Virus record (IMG/VR): IMGVR_UViG_3300010354_000047
Coordinates: 64,001 to 128,000 of that record
Reading direction: 5' to 3' (one strand)
DNA length: 64,000 bases
DNA from: a virus
Position 1 is the first letter of the stretch; the number at the start of each line of letters is the position of its first letter. Below are positions 37,454 through 48,216 of the stretch, piece after piece. The position numbers were made by a program, and so were the translations under genes. A model generated the notes under the pieces. That model did not search any database and was not told the DNA's origin. It saw nothing but the letters and a program-made list of their open reading frames with translations.

Positions 37454-40400
37454 ATGGCGGAAAATAAAACCTTCACGCTGGTTGGTAAGTTTGACGACCA
37501 GATCACCAAGAAGCTAAGGGAGATCAACAGGGAAATTCGTAATCTTTCCAAGCCTCTTAAGAAGGACTCAATCGCTTCGAGTCTAGCTAAAGACTTTAAG
37601 CGAGTATCTGAGGAGGTTAAAAAAGTCTCTAAGAACATTGACAGTCTCGGGGGCTCCATGAAAGGTATCTCTAAACCCATTAATGGGTTGATCGGAAGTC
37701 TGGAAGACGCGGGAAAGGCAGCTGGGAAAGTTCGGGATACAGTTTCTCAAATAGGGGAAGGAGTCAAAGGACTCGACGGAATTTCCGAATCTCTCGCCGA
37801 GGCGGCAAGAGCAGCTGGACGGGCACAGGAAGAAGTCGCTGGAATTGGTGAAGCAGCTGGACGGGCAACAGGGCAGGCCGAAGGGTTGATGAGTACGCTT
37901 TTACAGGCAGAAGGGTTATCTAAACTAGGGGATGCATTAGCCTCCGGATTTGAGAGAGGGATCTCATCCGTTATCAGTATCGCTGAAAAGGCATCGAGAA
38001 CTGTCGGGAGACTCTTTAAGGAGTCAATGGACGACGAATTAGCTGACGTAAAGGCTGCATCAGGAGTTGAGGGATCCTTTCGCCTAGCTGGTTATGAAGG
38101 GTCCTTTACAGAAGCCAAAAAGATGTACAAAAAGTACGATCAGGTGGTTTCTGAGATGATTCGCCAGTCTTCTGCTCCTACAGCAAAAGTGGTGGAACTA
38201 CAGAGATACACTCTGGACACAATGGGTCCCCTAATGTTGGCTGCAGAAGGTGTGGCCAAAGGGACTAAAATGAAAGACATAGACCCTAAAAAGGTCACTG
38301 CTTCCGCAGAGAACTACGGAAAATTCCTTGAGAAAGTTGCACTGTTCTCGCAAGGAACTGGTTCACAAGGCTTTCAAGTCGCGGCTGGCGTGGAGCAGCT
38401 TGTTACCAGAGGAAAGATAGATACAACGATGGATTTCTTCACTGACAACATTATGTTGATGAAGAATCTTGAGGACGCTGGATTTGCGGGAAGAGGAAAA
38501 CAAACTTCAAAGTTGACGAGCGCTACTGATGCGCAGAGGATGAAAGCAATGATGGAAGCTTTCAACAAATCTATGTCGAGTGAGTCTACTCGTGCGATGG
38601 CTGAGAGCTTGACGGGATCTCTGCAAGGTTTACAGGACACAATTTTCAATCCCTCTGTTGGTATCTTAGGGATGTCGGTAACCTTTTCCAAAGAAGAGCA
38701 AAAGAAGGCTAATCAGGCAATCATAAAAATTCAGAACGCCAGGATAGACAACTATAGGAAAGAGTTAGCCAATACGAAAACTAGTGCTGAGAGGGCTAAG
38801 CAACTTAGAGTCAATATAGAGCAAGCTGCAAAGACTAGGGACGCGCTCACAAAAGACGGGGCAGACGAGATTAGCACTCCGTTTAAGGCATTCAGTTATG
38901 CCTTTTCGGACTTGATTCGTAGCTTGACAGAGGCCATGAATGCGATTGGCCCGGTATGGACCCAATTTTCCTTGGCAGCGATCGAAGTAACTAATAAAGT
39001 TTTCGGCCCCCTTGGCGAGACTTTAAAGAATGTCGCATCAAATATGAGGGGAGGAGAATACACTCAGGCTGAAGGGTTTGGGAGGATAGCGGGGGAGATA
39101 TTTAAGACCATAGGTGAGATAATGGGTGACATTGCCAATATGATCGGAGACCCCAAAGGGGCTCTCGGAAAAGTTCAAAGCGAATTCATAAAGGGATTTA
39201 TGGATGCTTTTGGAAAGGATCCCAAAGGTTTCCAGAAAGCAGTTCAAAGCATAAACAAAGGTCTTGAAGCAATCCTAAAGAAATTTTTCAGTATTGCATG
39301 GAATATAGTCTCAACGGAAGCAATACGTCCCTTGGTTCTTACTTTTATAGCTGCTATCTTTGGTCCCCCCTTAATAACTGCTGTTATCGCCTCAGCAACG
39401 CCTCTGATCGCTCTGGCTTTGGTGCAGATGGCCAAGGGAGCCTTCACTGGGTCAGCAACTGGGTCAGCAACTGGAGCAGCAACTGGAGCAGCAGCGGGCG
39501 CAGGAGCAAGGCTAAGGTTTTTGGGGTCCGCTCTTAAGGGTAATTTCGCGACCGCTGCAAAGTACGGAGCGAAAGTTCCCGGAGTGGGGAAAGCTTCAGC
39601 TCTAGTGAAGGGTGCACAAATGAAAGCAATTGGAGCGGTCGCTGCAGGAATGGTCACTTTAGCAACAAAAGCTCCCGCTCTTAAAGATGTCGGAAAGTCG
39701 GTAGTGTCTCTTGGGAAGAGGATCCCTGGTTTAAGTTTAGCTTTTGCCGGTCTAGACTTAACAACAAGAATCGCTTCAGGAGAGAACGCTGCAACAGCTG
39801 TTAGTGGCGTAGGGGGAGGATTGGCAGGTGGCGCTATCGGGGCTACCCTGGGGACCGTTCTACTTCCTTTTCTTCCCGGAATCGGAACCGTTCTCGGCGG
39901 AATCATCGGGACTTTCATAGGCGATTGGGCAGGGAGTAAATTACCTGCTTTGTTCTCAGGTTTGCCTGGGTTACTTCAGGCTGCTTGGTCTGGTCTGGAG
40001 AAGTGGTTTAGGGACTTGCCATGGAATCTTGGAATGGCCATTGGAAGATTCCGAGTTATGGCAAACAATTCCATGGTCAGACTGTATAACTGGTTCTTTG
40101 AACTTTCTAATAAATTTGGGTCATGGGTTTCTCGAACTGTCACGGACTTGAGACTGAAATGGAACAACTTCCTGAGCCAAGCCGCAGCACTATGGCAGAA
40201 CAAGGACCGTTGGGGGATCCTAGGTAATGCCATAGTGAATGGCTTAAAAGCCATGATCAGCAATCTCCCGATTGTTCAGCTATTCACTAACGTGAGAGGG
40301 GCAGCAGCTGGAGTCCCTGGTTTTATATCTGGTGCAGCAAACACCTTCAGTCAAGCTTTAAGAGCAGGTGAAAGACTGCAAACAAACTTAACTCCAAGAG

Positions 40401-41404
40401 AAGAGTTGAGGACCCGTGTCAGGAGTAAAGGGGCTCTTGGTGATGCCATTTCTTCAGAAATGCGAAACAAGCCTTCAGGGTCAGACCTGGTCATAGCGAA
40501 CAGTTCTGAGACAATCATACCTGCTGCCGGTGGCCTGGGTATGGGTGACTTTATGAAGTCTTTAGATGGAGGATTCGCTAGAATTGTTAACTCTATCAAT
40601 GCGTCTAACACCATACACGGAGATAATGGGAAAAGATTCACAGACGGGCTTCATAATGTGTCAAACCAAGTTATCGAGTCTCAGAAAGAGATTAACTCTC
40701 TGGGTTCTTCCTTCTCAAAAGCGCAGCAGTACAACGCCACAATGTTTAGTAGTATTCGAGAGGAAGTTTCAAAAAATCAGAATCAGACACTCCAGATGTT
40801 CGGAAAACTTAGTTCCCAGGTTTCCCAGATGTCCATGATGGGAGGTGGAATGGGTGTGGGGATTGGAATGGGCTCGGGTAATCTTGGTATGGCGAGCTCT
40901 TTAGCGCAGTCGATGGGGTTAATTATCACATCCACTACTGGCGGAAAGCACGCTCCTGGCTCTTACCACTATGCGGGAAGGGCAATCGATGTTGGAGGAA
41001 ATCCGGGAGCAATGCTGGCATACGCGCGAAGGTTAGCTTCCACTTCTGGAGGGAGAATGGCAGAACTCTACCACACACCCCTCGGATTCAGCATCAAAAA
41101 TGGGGTCAGAGTTCCCTGGACGATCCCGAACCATACAAACCACGTTCACGTCGCGTACGGCTACGGGCCAGGGAACCCTGCGTTCTTCTCTAGCCAGGGG
41201 GAGGCCAAAGCATGGGAGAGGAAGGTCTCTCCAGCTTTTTCGAAAGTTTCCTCGATAACTTCGAATAGTTCCGAAGGGTTCGGCTCAACAACCTTAAACG
41301 CACCGATTACGATCTACCAGCAACCTTACCAAGACTCCGAGGAGCTGGCTACGCTCGTAGCAATGCGCATAAGCATGGTCATTGACGAATTGAGAAACCA
41401 CTGA
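37454..41404 (+). CDS. Tape measure protein with a C-terminal M15-like metallopeptidase domain
   Basis: 1316 aa, helical, Ala/Gly-rich with TM-like segments; HAPGSYHYAGRAIDV...HTNHVHV. Confidence 0.75.
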   Translation: MAENKTFTLVGKFDDQITKKLREINREIRNLSKPLKKDSIASSLAKDFKRVSEEVKKVSKNIDSLGGSMKGISKPINGLIGSLEDAGKAAGKVRDTVSQIGEGVKGLDGISESLAEAARAAGRAQEEVAGIGEAAGRATGQAEGLMSTLLQAEGLSKLGDALASGFERGISSVISIAEKASRTVGRLFKESMDDELADVKAASGVEGSFRLAGYEGSFTEAKKMYKKYDQVVSEMIRQSSAPTAKVVELQRYTLDTMGPLMLAAEGVAKGTKMKDIDPKKVTASAENYGKFLEKVALFSQGTGSQGFQVAAGVEQLVTRGKIDTTMDFFTDNIMLMKNLEDAGFAGRGKQTSKLTSATDAQRMKAMMEAFNKSMSSESTRAMAESLTGSLQGLQDTIFNPSVGILGMSVTFSKEEQKKANQAIIKIQNARIDNYRKELANTKTSAERAKQLRVNIEQAAKTRDALTKDGADEISTPFKAFSYAFSDLIRSLTEAMNAIGPVWTQFSLAAIEVTNKVFGPLGETLKNVASNMRGGEYTQAEGFGRIAGEIFKTIGEIMGDIANMIGDPKGALGKVQSEFIKGFMDAFGKDPKGFQKAVQSINKGLEAILKKFFSIAWNIVSTEAIRPLVLTFIAAIFGPPLITAVIASATPLIALALVQMAKGAFTGSATGSATGAATGAAAGAGARLRFLGSALKGNFATAAKYGAKVPGVGKASALVKGAQMKAIGAVAAGMVTLATKAPALKDVGKSVVSLGKRIPGLSLAFAGLDLTTRIASGENAATAVSGVGGGLAGGAIGATLGTVLLPFLPGIGTVLGGIIGTFIGDWAGSKLPALFSGLPGLLQAAWSGLEKWFRDLPWNLGMAIGRFRVMANNSMVRLYNWFFELSNKFGSWVSRTVTDLRLKWNNFLSQAAALWQNKDRWGILGNAIVNGLKAMISNLPIVQLFTNVRGAAAGVPGFISGAANTFSQALRAGERLQTNLTPREELRTRVRSKGALGDAISSEMRNKPSGSDLVIANSSETIIPAAGGLGMGDFMKSLDGGFARIVNSINASNTIHGDNGKRFTDGLHNVSNQVIESQKEINSLGSSFSKAQQYNATMFSSIREEVSKNQNQTLQMFGKLSSQVSQMSMMGGGMGVGIGMGSGNLGMASSLAQSMGLIITSTTGGKHAPGSYHYAGRAIDVGGNPGAMLAYARRLASTSGGRMAELYHTPLGFSIKNGVRVPWTIPNHTNHVHVAYGYGPGNPAFFSSQGEAKAWERKVSPAFSKVSSITSNSSEGFGSTTLNAPITIYQQPYQDSEELATLVAMRISMVIDELRNH

Positions 41405-42966
41405 TGGCAAGTAGTCTAATCATTCCACGTTGCGAAGTCCTCTGGGGCAACGTAAATCTTACTCACTACCCTCTCGCTGGAGGAGAACCCCAGGCTCTGG
41501 TATTCGATGTCCGAGTGTCCCAGCAGGACTCAGGGGAAACACCGTCAGGGTCGATGAGATGGAACCCTACTGGCGCAGCTTTTGCCGTATATGAGGAGCT
41601 TCTAAAGAGTTCTATCAGTAAAACAATCACAGTTCGGTTTTATTATGTGAATGGCCGATCGGTCACTTTCTCTTTTGTGTGGTCAGGGCAAACGGAGGTC
41701 TACGGAAACGAGATGTCCCTGGAAGTGAAACTCGCCTCTCAGCTCGATGGACTTGTAAACGCTAACATCAAAAGCACCGCTCAAGTTGACGATAAAGGAA
41801 CCCTCTTCGACAAGACAATCTCGCAAATCGACAAGTCTTTTGGAGTGGACGGTTACAATTTGATTCAATACTCTGGCCAGGCTTTTGAGGACCTTAAGAT
41901 CCCCAAAGTTCTGTCAAACTACTCGATTGGGTCTACGTACGCAGAAAGTGTCAAGAATCTGGCAGAACAAACTGGTCACCTAGTGATGTCAACGAATATC
42001 GTCGCTCCGGAAGGGGGGAAGAAACTCGGAGGAAACATGGTGGTCTTGGGACCTTACAAAACGGACACGAAGCCGATACAAGAACTCTCTCCTCAGGCGC
42101 AATTTCCTGATACATCTGTACGATATGGTTACTTTCTCGGCCCAGGAATCATAAATACAATCACAAAAACATCTGAGTGGCAGCCTCCGCAGAAGACGCA
42201 AACTAGTCTGGATAGCACGCAAGCTAAACTTGAAAGTCCGAACCCCACTACCCAGGGGCAACCGACATCCACAAGTCCGCAAGCCGCTGCGCAGCAAGCC
42301 CAAGAAAAAGCAAAAGGAAAAGGGGGAGCCAGTAACGCTGCAAGCTCAAGTGCAAGACCAGGCGCCAGGCTGAAGGACAACGCGGAAGGCGAGAGTAGAA
42401 AACTTGCTATTCAACAAGAGAGATCCTCAAAACTCTCCGCATCTTTGTTCATGTGTCCCGCTTTAACAGGAATAAAGCCCATGGACATCATCTTTATTTC
42501 AAACTATAGCGGCACGTTTCTGGAAGACTGGCTTGTGAACTCCGTGGATTACACTCAGATGGATGGAGGGGTGGAAATTTCGATTCAAGCTTCTCGGGAA
42601 TATGGCCTTGGAAACCTCATGAACAAAAAACTCGGTGAGCCATGGGCCGAAAAGGCAAAAGCTAAGAATTTGGTTGGCCCAACAGGAACTCTCGAAGGGT
42701 GGCAAGAGTATGCTTGGGGAGCTTTAGGGTTTCAGAGTAGGAGCCCTTCGGCTCAAACATCTAAAACAGCTTCGGCATTTCCATCTAATTCTTTTTCTAT
42801 GTTTGCAAAATCTTTCGGAAAAGATCAAACTCTGATCACCGATCGCGGATTCTACGACTACTTAACGAAGTACTTGAGTGTCCCCGCAGTGAATGGGAGC
42901 GGAGTTCTCAACGCTCCGATTGGCAGAATCCAGGAGCTCTATAAACTCTACCTGGAGGGGAGGTAG
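41404..42966 (+). CDS. Probable baseplate hub protein
   Basis: Follows the tape measure gene; beta-rich, with P.LTGIKPMD...WLVNSVDY in the C-terminal half. Confidence 0.45.
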   Translation: MASSLIIPRCEVLWGNVNLTHYPLAGGEPQALVFDVRVSQQDSGETPSGSMRWNPTGAAFAVYEELLKSSISKTITVRFYYVNGRSVTFSFVWSGQTEVYGNEMSLEVKLASQLDGLVNANIKSTAQVDDKGTLFDKTISQIDKSFGVDGYNLIQYSGQAFEDLKIPKVLSNYSIGSTYAESVKNLAEQTGHLVMSTNIVAPEGGKKLGGNMVVLGPYKTDTKPIQELSPQAQFPDTSVRYGYFLGPGIINTITKTSEWQPPQKTQTSLDSTQAKLESPNPTTQGQPTSTSPQAAAQQAQEKAKGKGGASNAASSSARPGARLKDNAEGESRKLAIQQERSSKLSASLFMCPALTGIKPMDIIFISNYSGTFLEDWLVNSVDYTQMDGGVEISIQASREYGLGNLMNKKLGEPWAEKAKAKNLVGPTGTLEGWQEYAWGALGFQSRSPSAQTSKTASAFPSNSFSMFAKSFGKDQTLITDRGFYDYLTKYLSVPAVNGSGVLNAPIGRIQELYKLYLEGR

Positions 42967-43051
42967 TTTACTGACCGGCTCGTAGCCTATACTCTTAATG
43001 AACGTGCTGGGCAACAGGGCTCAGATTTCCGCGTTCTTTACTAGTGACAAA

Positions 43052-44020
43052 ATGGCTATTACGACATTCAAAATCCTTCCGCAACTTGATGAGAAGAACA
43101 GGGCTCGCTTAGAGTCCCGAGCCTATACTCGGGCTTACACCGACATTCCTAATCGTGCTCTTCCTGAGTCTTATCGCTCGGGCCTTGCCACGATTTTCAA
43201 GGCTTTGACCGGTGATGACTTCGAAGAAGAGGCATCGACTTTCACTGTTCGAGCAGATCAAAACGGCACATTCCAACGTTTGTACTCCCCTACCATTTTC
43301 TCAACCGAGGACGGTGGTCTAGTGATTCGTTGGGGTGATCGCGACATTCCTTTGTTGGTTGCCCCCGGAAAAATTGGGGTAGCGAACGCTCCCAAGGGAA
43401 CAAAGTTTGCTTTCAAGGATGAGCAGATCGGTAAATATACCGAACCTGTCCTTTCCGTTTCCGCTCAAGGGGACGGAACCCTTTACACTCTTCCGATTCC
43501 GATTCGAAAGAAGGAGATGAAAGAGGAGCTTCCGGCTGATCTGTTGGATCTTCTCCTGGAAGAAAACCCTGACAAGATTTCCGAGAAAGTGTACGCGGCG
43601 CCTGACCTCTCAAAGAGAGGCGAAAGCACAGGAGAACGCCTGATTGGACCCTACCTGAAGGTCGCTTACCTTCCGATTGGCGAATATACTATCACTACCT
43701 ACCGAACCAAAGAGGGTGGGGCTTATGGAACGGATTACTTCCTCCAAGCCAAGCTGAAGGAGCCCTTTGTGGCCCCTGTTCGCACCCAAGTCGACGGAGA
43801 GTGGGTTGATGTAGAAACAGAGATCTCTGACTGGGTGATCGTGAAGCCGAACGCCTCAATGAAGAAGATTCTCTCCGCAGAACCTCTGATTACGGCTGAG
43901 GCTCCGGCTACACTAAAAGTCCTTGAGCATTACGAGTACAACAACAATCCGGCTGCCAAGGTCATCCTTCAGTGCCCAAACTTTGTTCAGAGCCCGGAGG
44001 CATTCAACCTCGATTTCTGA
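43052..44020 (+). CDS. Hypothetical replication-region protein (possibly ssDNA-binding)
   Basis: Beta-rich; has its own promoter and terminator; lies upstream of the helicase; ends NLDF. Start moved to ATG 43052, downstream of the promoter. Confidence 0.45.
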   Translation: MAITTFKILPQLDEKNRARLESRAYTRAYTDIPNRALPESYRSGLATIFKALTGDDFEEEASTFTVRADQNGTFQRLYSPTIFSTEDGGLVIRWGDRDIPLLVAPGKIGVANAPKGTKFAFKDEQIGKYTEPVLSVSAQGDGTLYTLPIPIRKKEMKEELPADLLDLLLEENPDKISEKVYAAPDLSKRGESTGERLIGPYLKVAYLPIGEYTITTYRTKEGGAYGTDYFLQAKLKEPFVAPVRTQVDGEWVDVETEISDWVIVKPNASMKKILSAEPLITAEAPATLKVLEHYEYNNNPAAKVILQCPNFVQSPEAFNLDF

Positions 44021-44044
44021 TCCTTTGAGTCTGAAGTGAGTAAC

Positions 44045-44079
44045 AAGAGATCTTAGACCCCTAAGGTCTCTTTCTTTTT
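44045..44079 (+). terminator. Intrinsic terminator
   Basis: AAGAGATCTTAG-ACCC-CTAAGGTCTCTT then TCTTTTT. Confidence 0.75.
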
Positions 44080-44103
44080 GACTAACGAAACAACGAGCAA
44101 AAC

Positions 44104-46128
44104 ATGGCCGATCCATTCTCAGGTGGACTAGGAACAACGAAACAAGAAATCGGCATTCTTCGGGATGCCAAAGAGAGGAACAAAGCTTCCTCGTTTAAAT
44201 CAAGAATAGCTGAAGAGGATAAACAGGAAAAGAAGAAAAAGGCACCTCTTCGAGTATCCGAGCTCTACAATGCAGGTATAACCCTTCTGAACAAGAAAGG
44301 TTTTGTGGTAGAGATCGACGAAGCCGGAGATCATTGTCGTCATAGAATTCTGAAACCTTCACCTCCGCAGATGGTGAGGGGAATTCGGTACCCCGCTGAT
44401 TTTAATCCTTTGCAAGACATCAGCGTCTACGACGACTTTGAAAAAGTTGAATCATGTTTTCATCCAGATCTTTGCCCTGACGAGGTCCGAACCTTTTGGG
44501 AGCCACTTTTTCGCCCAAAAGCGGGGGACTCGGAGCTGCTTTCCTTCACAGAGCGGCTTCTAAAAATGAAACGAGTGAACCAAAATAAGTTCATACATGA
44601 AACTCTGGATTACGGACACACCTTTGATCCGGTTGGCCGATGGGGAGGGGATCCAGTCTCTAATCCCCGAGTTTGGGTTCCCGATCGAGAATGGTTTGAT
44701 CCCGTCCTTCACAGTGTGACTCTCGCAGACGTTTTCACAATTTTTCCGGAAGCTGAACGAGAAATGCTAAAGTTGATTCTCGGAAGAATCGGAGTTGGAA
44801 GGTCGAACCATCTCCCTCCCGGAAGAAAAGTTCCGGTAGATCACACAGCTCGTATGGCGGCTGTGATTGTTGGTAAGGATGCAGGTCTAGGAAAGTCAAC
44901 TCTGTTCAATGGCATGACTGCCGCATTCGCCAAATGCGGATTCACAACTCATACCTTTAAGTCTACTGAAGATAGATTCGGACTCAAGGCTGCCGCCCTG
45001 AGCGACATCTCTTATAAGGACGACACTTCCTTGGCGTCCTTGAAGAGGTTTCTAGCCGCAGAAGAGACGAAGATCCTCATTACAAATGGTATTTTTCAAG
45101 TAGAGGAAAAGTTCCAGAATGCCGAGCAGATCTGGCCGAAGACGGTTATGATTCTCAACGCGAACGATTGGAACAGCAAGTTTGCTTACGATTTAGATCC
45201 AGGGATTATAGATCGAATCAAGCTAATCAGCACATATCGAGAGTACGAAGTGTCCAAGAACCGAGATTATCTCGACGGAACAGTCTCTGAAGGGTCTCCT
45301 GACTTGAGGCCGAGGGCACACATTCCTTATTTGGCTGGAAAACTCGGAGTTAGTGCTGACTCCCTGTATCTGTGGTGCTTGCGCTTATGCACAGACCATT
45401 TCTGGAAGGTTATTAACGACACGGAGGATCCAAGCATAAATCGCCTCCAGGTAGAAGTTCGCTACTGGACAACTCGGCAAAGGATTCGTTTCAAGGCAGA
45501 TGTCACACAAGCTCTTGTAAACGCAATGGCTTTCGCGCATGCGATTCGTACGAATGCGCAGGGACGATTCATGCCTGAGATGACACCGGACATCTTGTAT
45601 GAATACCTTCAATCTCTTTACTTTGTCGGAGTAGATCCCTCTTGTCAGCATTTAACTGCGGAGATGAAAAAGCAATGGGAATCCGTGGGGAGACCATCCA
45701 CCCATTACTATCAAGGTTTCCGAGAGCTTCGATGGGAGTCTGTGAAGAAGGCAATCGCACACGGAAAAGCGACTCTGTTTGATGACTCCACAGGACTACC
45801 GAGGGACAATAAAGACAGAACCGCTCTGACCATTATTCGAGAGATAATGGAAAAACTCGTGATGCGAGATGGATTCAAGATTGGCGGTGAAGCAAACTAT
45901 GTGATTGAAAACTGGGAGAATTGCAGACATGCCCAGGAGGAGCTTGTGATCGAGGCTGAAAGGCTAAGACTGGACATGGACCAGATAGATAGAACTCGCC
46001 TGCTTGATCTGAAGGCAGGATGTTACGATGACTGGCTCTTGGACAAACACTATTCACCAGATCGGGCAGAGAAGTTTCGTGAAGCGGCTCGTAGGAAACT
46101 TTATGAAAGTAAAGGGGTAAAAGTATGA
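44104..46128 (+). CDS. P-loop NTPase, probable SF3/D5-like helicase
   Basis: Walker A GKDAGLGKST, Walker B-like YKDD, VEEKF, ILNAN, IIDRI. Confidence 0.7.
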   Translation: MADPFSGGLGTTKQEIGILRDAKERNKASSFKSRIAEEDKQEKKKKAPLRVSELYNAGITLLNKKGFVVEIDEAGDHCRHRILKPSPPQMVRGIRYPADFNPLQDISVYDDFEKVESCFHPDLCPDEVRTFWEPLFRPKAGDSELLSFTERLLKMKRVNQNKFIHETLDYGHTFDPVGRWGGDPVSNPRVWVPDREWFDPVLHSVTLADVFTIFPEAEREMLKLILGRIGVGRSNHLPPGRKVPVDHTARMAAVIVGKDAGLGKSTLFNGMTAAFAKCGFTTHTFKSTEDRFGLKAAALSDISYKDDTSLASLKRFLAAEETKILITNGIFQVEEKFQNAEQIWPKTVMILNANDWNSKFAYDLDPGIIDRIKLISTYREYEVSKNRDYLDGTVSEGSPDLRPRAHIPYLAGKLGVSADSLYLWCLRLCTDHFWKVINDTEDPSINRLQVEVRYWTTRQRIRFKADVTQALVNAMAFAHAIRTNAQGRFMPEMTPDILYEYLQSLYFVGVDPSCQHLTAEMKKQWESVGRPSTHYYQGFRELRWESVKKAIAHGKATLFDDSTGLPRDNKDRTALTIIREIMEKLVMRDGFKIGGEANYVIENWENCRHAQEELVIEAERLRLDMDQIDRTRLLDLKAGCYDDWLLDKHYSPDRAEKFREAARRKLYESKGVKV

Positions 46129-46508
46129 ACTCACTTTACGACAACCAAATTGCCTCCGTGGATTCATTTACTTACGAATGCCAAAAGCAACTCAGATTGA
46201 AGGATCAACTCGAAAACGAGGGGTTCTCCCTTGCTGAGGATCCGGCGGGTCTCTACGATTATATCGGAACGGTCCAGGACATCAATTGCTTTTGTGAGAT
46301 GTTCACTCCCCGTCTTCTAACGAAGGTGTTTGTCGAAGGGACAGAATCCTTAAGCCATGCCTTTCACCTGGTGCCACTGTGGCAAATCGTAAAATTCGGT
46401 TATCTGATTCCTGAACCGGGAACTTACTTCTCTACAAAGTATATCATCGGAGTTCGAAAAGTTAGCGAAACCTCTTTCGTTCCCAGCCTTCGACTTCCGT
46501 TGAACTGA
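46125..46508 (+). CDS. Hypothetical protein
   Basis: 127 aa; ATGA overlap. Confidence 0.55.
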   Translation: MNSLYDNQIASVDSFTYECQKQLRLKDQLENEGFSLAEDPAGLYDYIGTVQDINCFCEMFTPRLLTKVFVEGTESLSHAFHLVPLWQIVKFGYLIPEPGTYFSTKYIIGVRKVSETSFVPSLRLPLN

Positions 46509-46509
46509 C

Positions 46510-46890
46510 GTGAAAAACTTCGAGAACGTTCCTGATCTCCCTACCCCTTTAAGTTCACAAGGGGGCTACGGAAATGCTTCGGGCAAGTTCAACCTTGAGA
46601 GGTCCCTTGAAAGGAAGATAAAGTCTCGAGAGGACCTCTCTCAACCGAGGAGACAAAGTCCTTTAGACACCACGTCTTTAAGTGAAGACAACTCGATCAA
46701 TCGTTATTTTGGCGATTTCAGTATTGAGTCGAAAAGGCACGTTCTCGACCTACTAAGTAAACATCCCCAGTTCGGGGATGAGGCCGGTTTACGCAAGAAC
46801 CGGATACGCAATAATACTAAAGAGGTCATACCCAACGACCCCTACCGAAACGTCACTAATGGTGGCTACGTAATCTTTGAAAAAACCTGA
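46510..46890 (+). CDS. Hypothetical protein
   Basis: 126-aa ORF within the operon. Confidence 0.5.
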   Translation: MKNFENVPDLPTPLSSQGGYGNASGKFNLERSLERKIKSREDLSQPRRQSPLDTTSLSEDNSINRYFGDFSIESKRHVLDLLSKHPQFGDEAGLRKNRIRNNTKEVIPNDPYRNVTNGGYVIFEKT

Positions 46891-46895
46891 AACAA

Positions 46896-47399
46896 ATGGC
46901 ACAAATTTACAAGGACCCGTATAGCTATCTAAATGACGCCGTAGTTAAAAGGGGAAAGTCAGGGAGCTACGGAGTGTATCTCCAAAATGTTGTTGTTGTA
47001 GCCGAAGCAACTTCTGACTACGGTTACAAAGTTTTCCTTCCCGCTCCGACTGCCGAATCCCCTTTTCAAGGGGAAGAGGAAACCCCTTTCGAGTGGTATC
47101 AAACTCTTGTGAGACTTCGGTCTCAAGTGGTGCAAACCACAGAGAGTATCTACGTAGATCGCAAACTCTACCAGTTCTGCCCGGAAGGCGGAACCATTAG
47201 CATGAACGTTTTCATTCCGGAAGCCTTTGTGGATACTTTCAACCACGAAGTTGTTCATTCTCAACGACTCTTGAACCTCATAGGAGACTTCACGGGAAAA
47301 ACTCCAACAACAGTGCGCTTCACGATCGGTGTAGCGTATAAGTCCTGGTACGACATGGCCGAAGAAGGAGAAGTTCAAGAAATTGAGTACGCTTACTAA
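46896..47399 (+). CDS. Hypothetical protein
   Basis: 167-aa ORF within the operon. Confidence 0.55.
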   Translation: MAQIYKDPYSYLNDAVVKRGKSGSYGVYLQNVVVVAEATSDYGYKVFLPAPTAESPFQGEEETPFEWYQTLVRLRSQVVQTTESIYVDRKLYQFCPEGGTISMNVFIPEAFVDTFNHEVVHSQRLLNLIGDFTGKTPTTVRFTIGVAYKSWYDMAEEGEVQEIEYAY

Positions 47400-47414
47400 T
47401 CTGAAGAATTCAAA

Positions 47415-47744
47415 ATGGAACTAAACGACTACCAATCGAGAGCAAGAGCTACAGCTATCTACCCTAATCTAGGGTCCAACTTTTTATACCCGGCGCTAGG
47501 TTTGTGCGGAGAGTCCGGGGAAGTCGCAGAAAAAGTGAAAAAAGTTTTGAGAGATGAAGGAGGAGTTATATCCGAAGAAAAGAAAAGGGAAATCGCCAAG
47601 GAAATCGGGGACATCCTTTGGTACGCCTCTCAGTTGGCTGCAGAATTGGGGTTCACACTGAGTGAAATCGCAGAGATCAATCTAAACAAATTAGCCTCCC
47701 GAGCCGAGAGGGGCGTTCTTACGGGGAATGGAGACAATCGCTGA
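47415..47744 (+). CDS. mazG: MazG-like nucleotide pyrophosphohydrolase
   Basis: LGLCGESGEVAEKVKK...EIGDILWY...N..KL..R. Confidence 0.88.
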   Translation: MELNDYQSRARATAIYPNLGSNFLYPALGLCGESGEVAEKVKKVLRDEGGVISEEKKREIAKEIGDILWYASQLAAELGFTLSEIAEINLNKLASRAERGVLTGNGDNR

Positions 47745-48216
47745 TCTAGATTCGAAGGAACACTGGTTTCTTACTCAATGGGATCTTCGGTTTATTCGAC
47801 TCGCAAAAGAAGTCTCTACGTGGAGTAAAGATCCGAATCGAAAGGTGGGGTGCGTTCTTGTCCGAGATCGTCGAGATTTTGCTAAAGGCTACAATGGTTT
47901 TCCTCCCCGAATATCTGATGATTTTCGACTTATGAACGCACCCTTTAAGGGTAAAGTCATAATTCACGCAGAAGTGAATGCGATTCTAAACGCAGTTAAG
48001 TTCGGCGTTTCAACGATTGGATCTACAGCTTACGTAACTTATCACCCTTGTGCCACTTGCGCAAGTGTTTTGATTGGGGCAGGAATTCAAAAAGTAATTT
48101 GCCCTCCTCCCCACCATGGCTCACCAAAGTGGGCCGAAGACTTTAAAATGGCAAGCGACCTTATGGTTGAAGCTGGAGTTCCTGTTCTTTACTACCCCTC
48201 GAAAGATGAAGCCTGA
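47728..48216 (+). CDS. dCMP deaminase
   Basis: SKDP..KVGC, GYNG, HAEVNA, PCATC. Confidence 0.92.
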   Translation: METIADLDSKEHWFLTQWDLRFIRLAKEVSTWSKDPNRKVGCVLVRDRRDFAKGYNGFPPRISDDFRLMNAPFKGKVIIHAEVNAILNAVKFGVSTIGSTAYVTYHPCATCASVLIGAGIQKVICPPPHHGSPKWAEDFKMASDLMVEAGVPVLYYPSKDEA

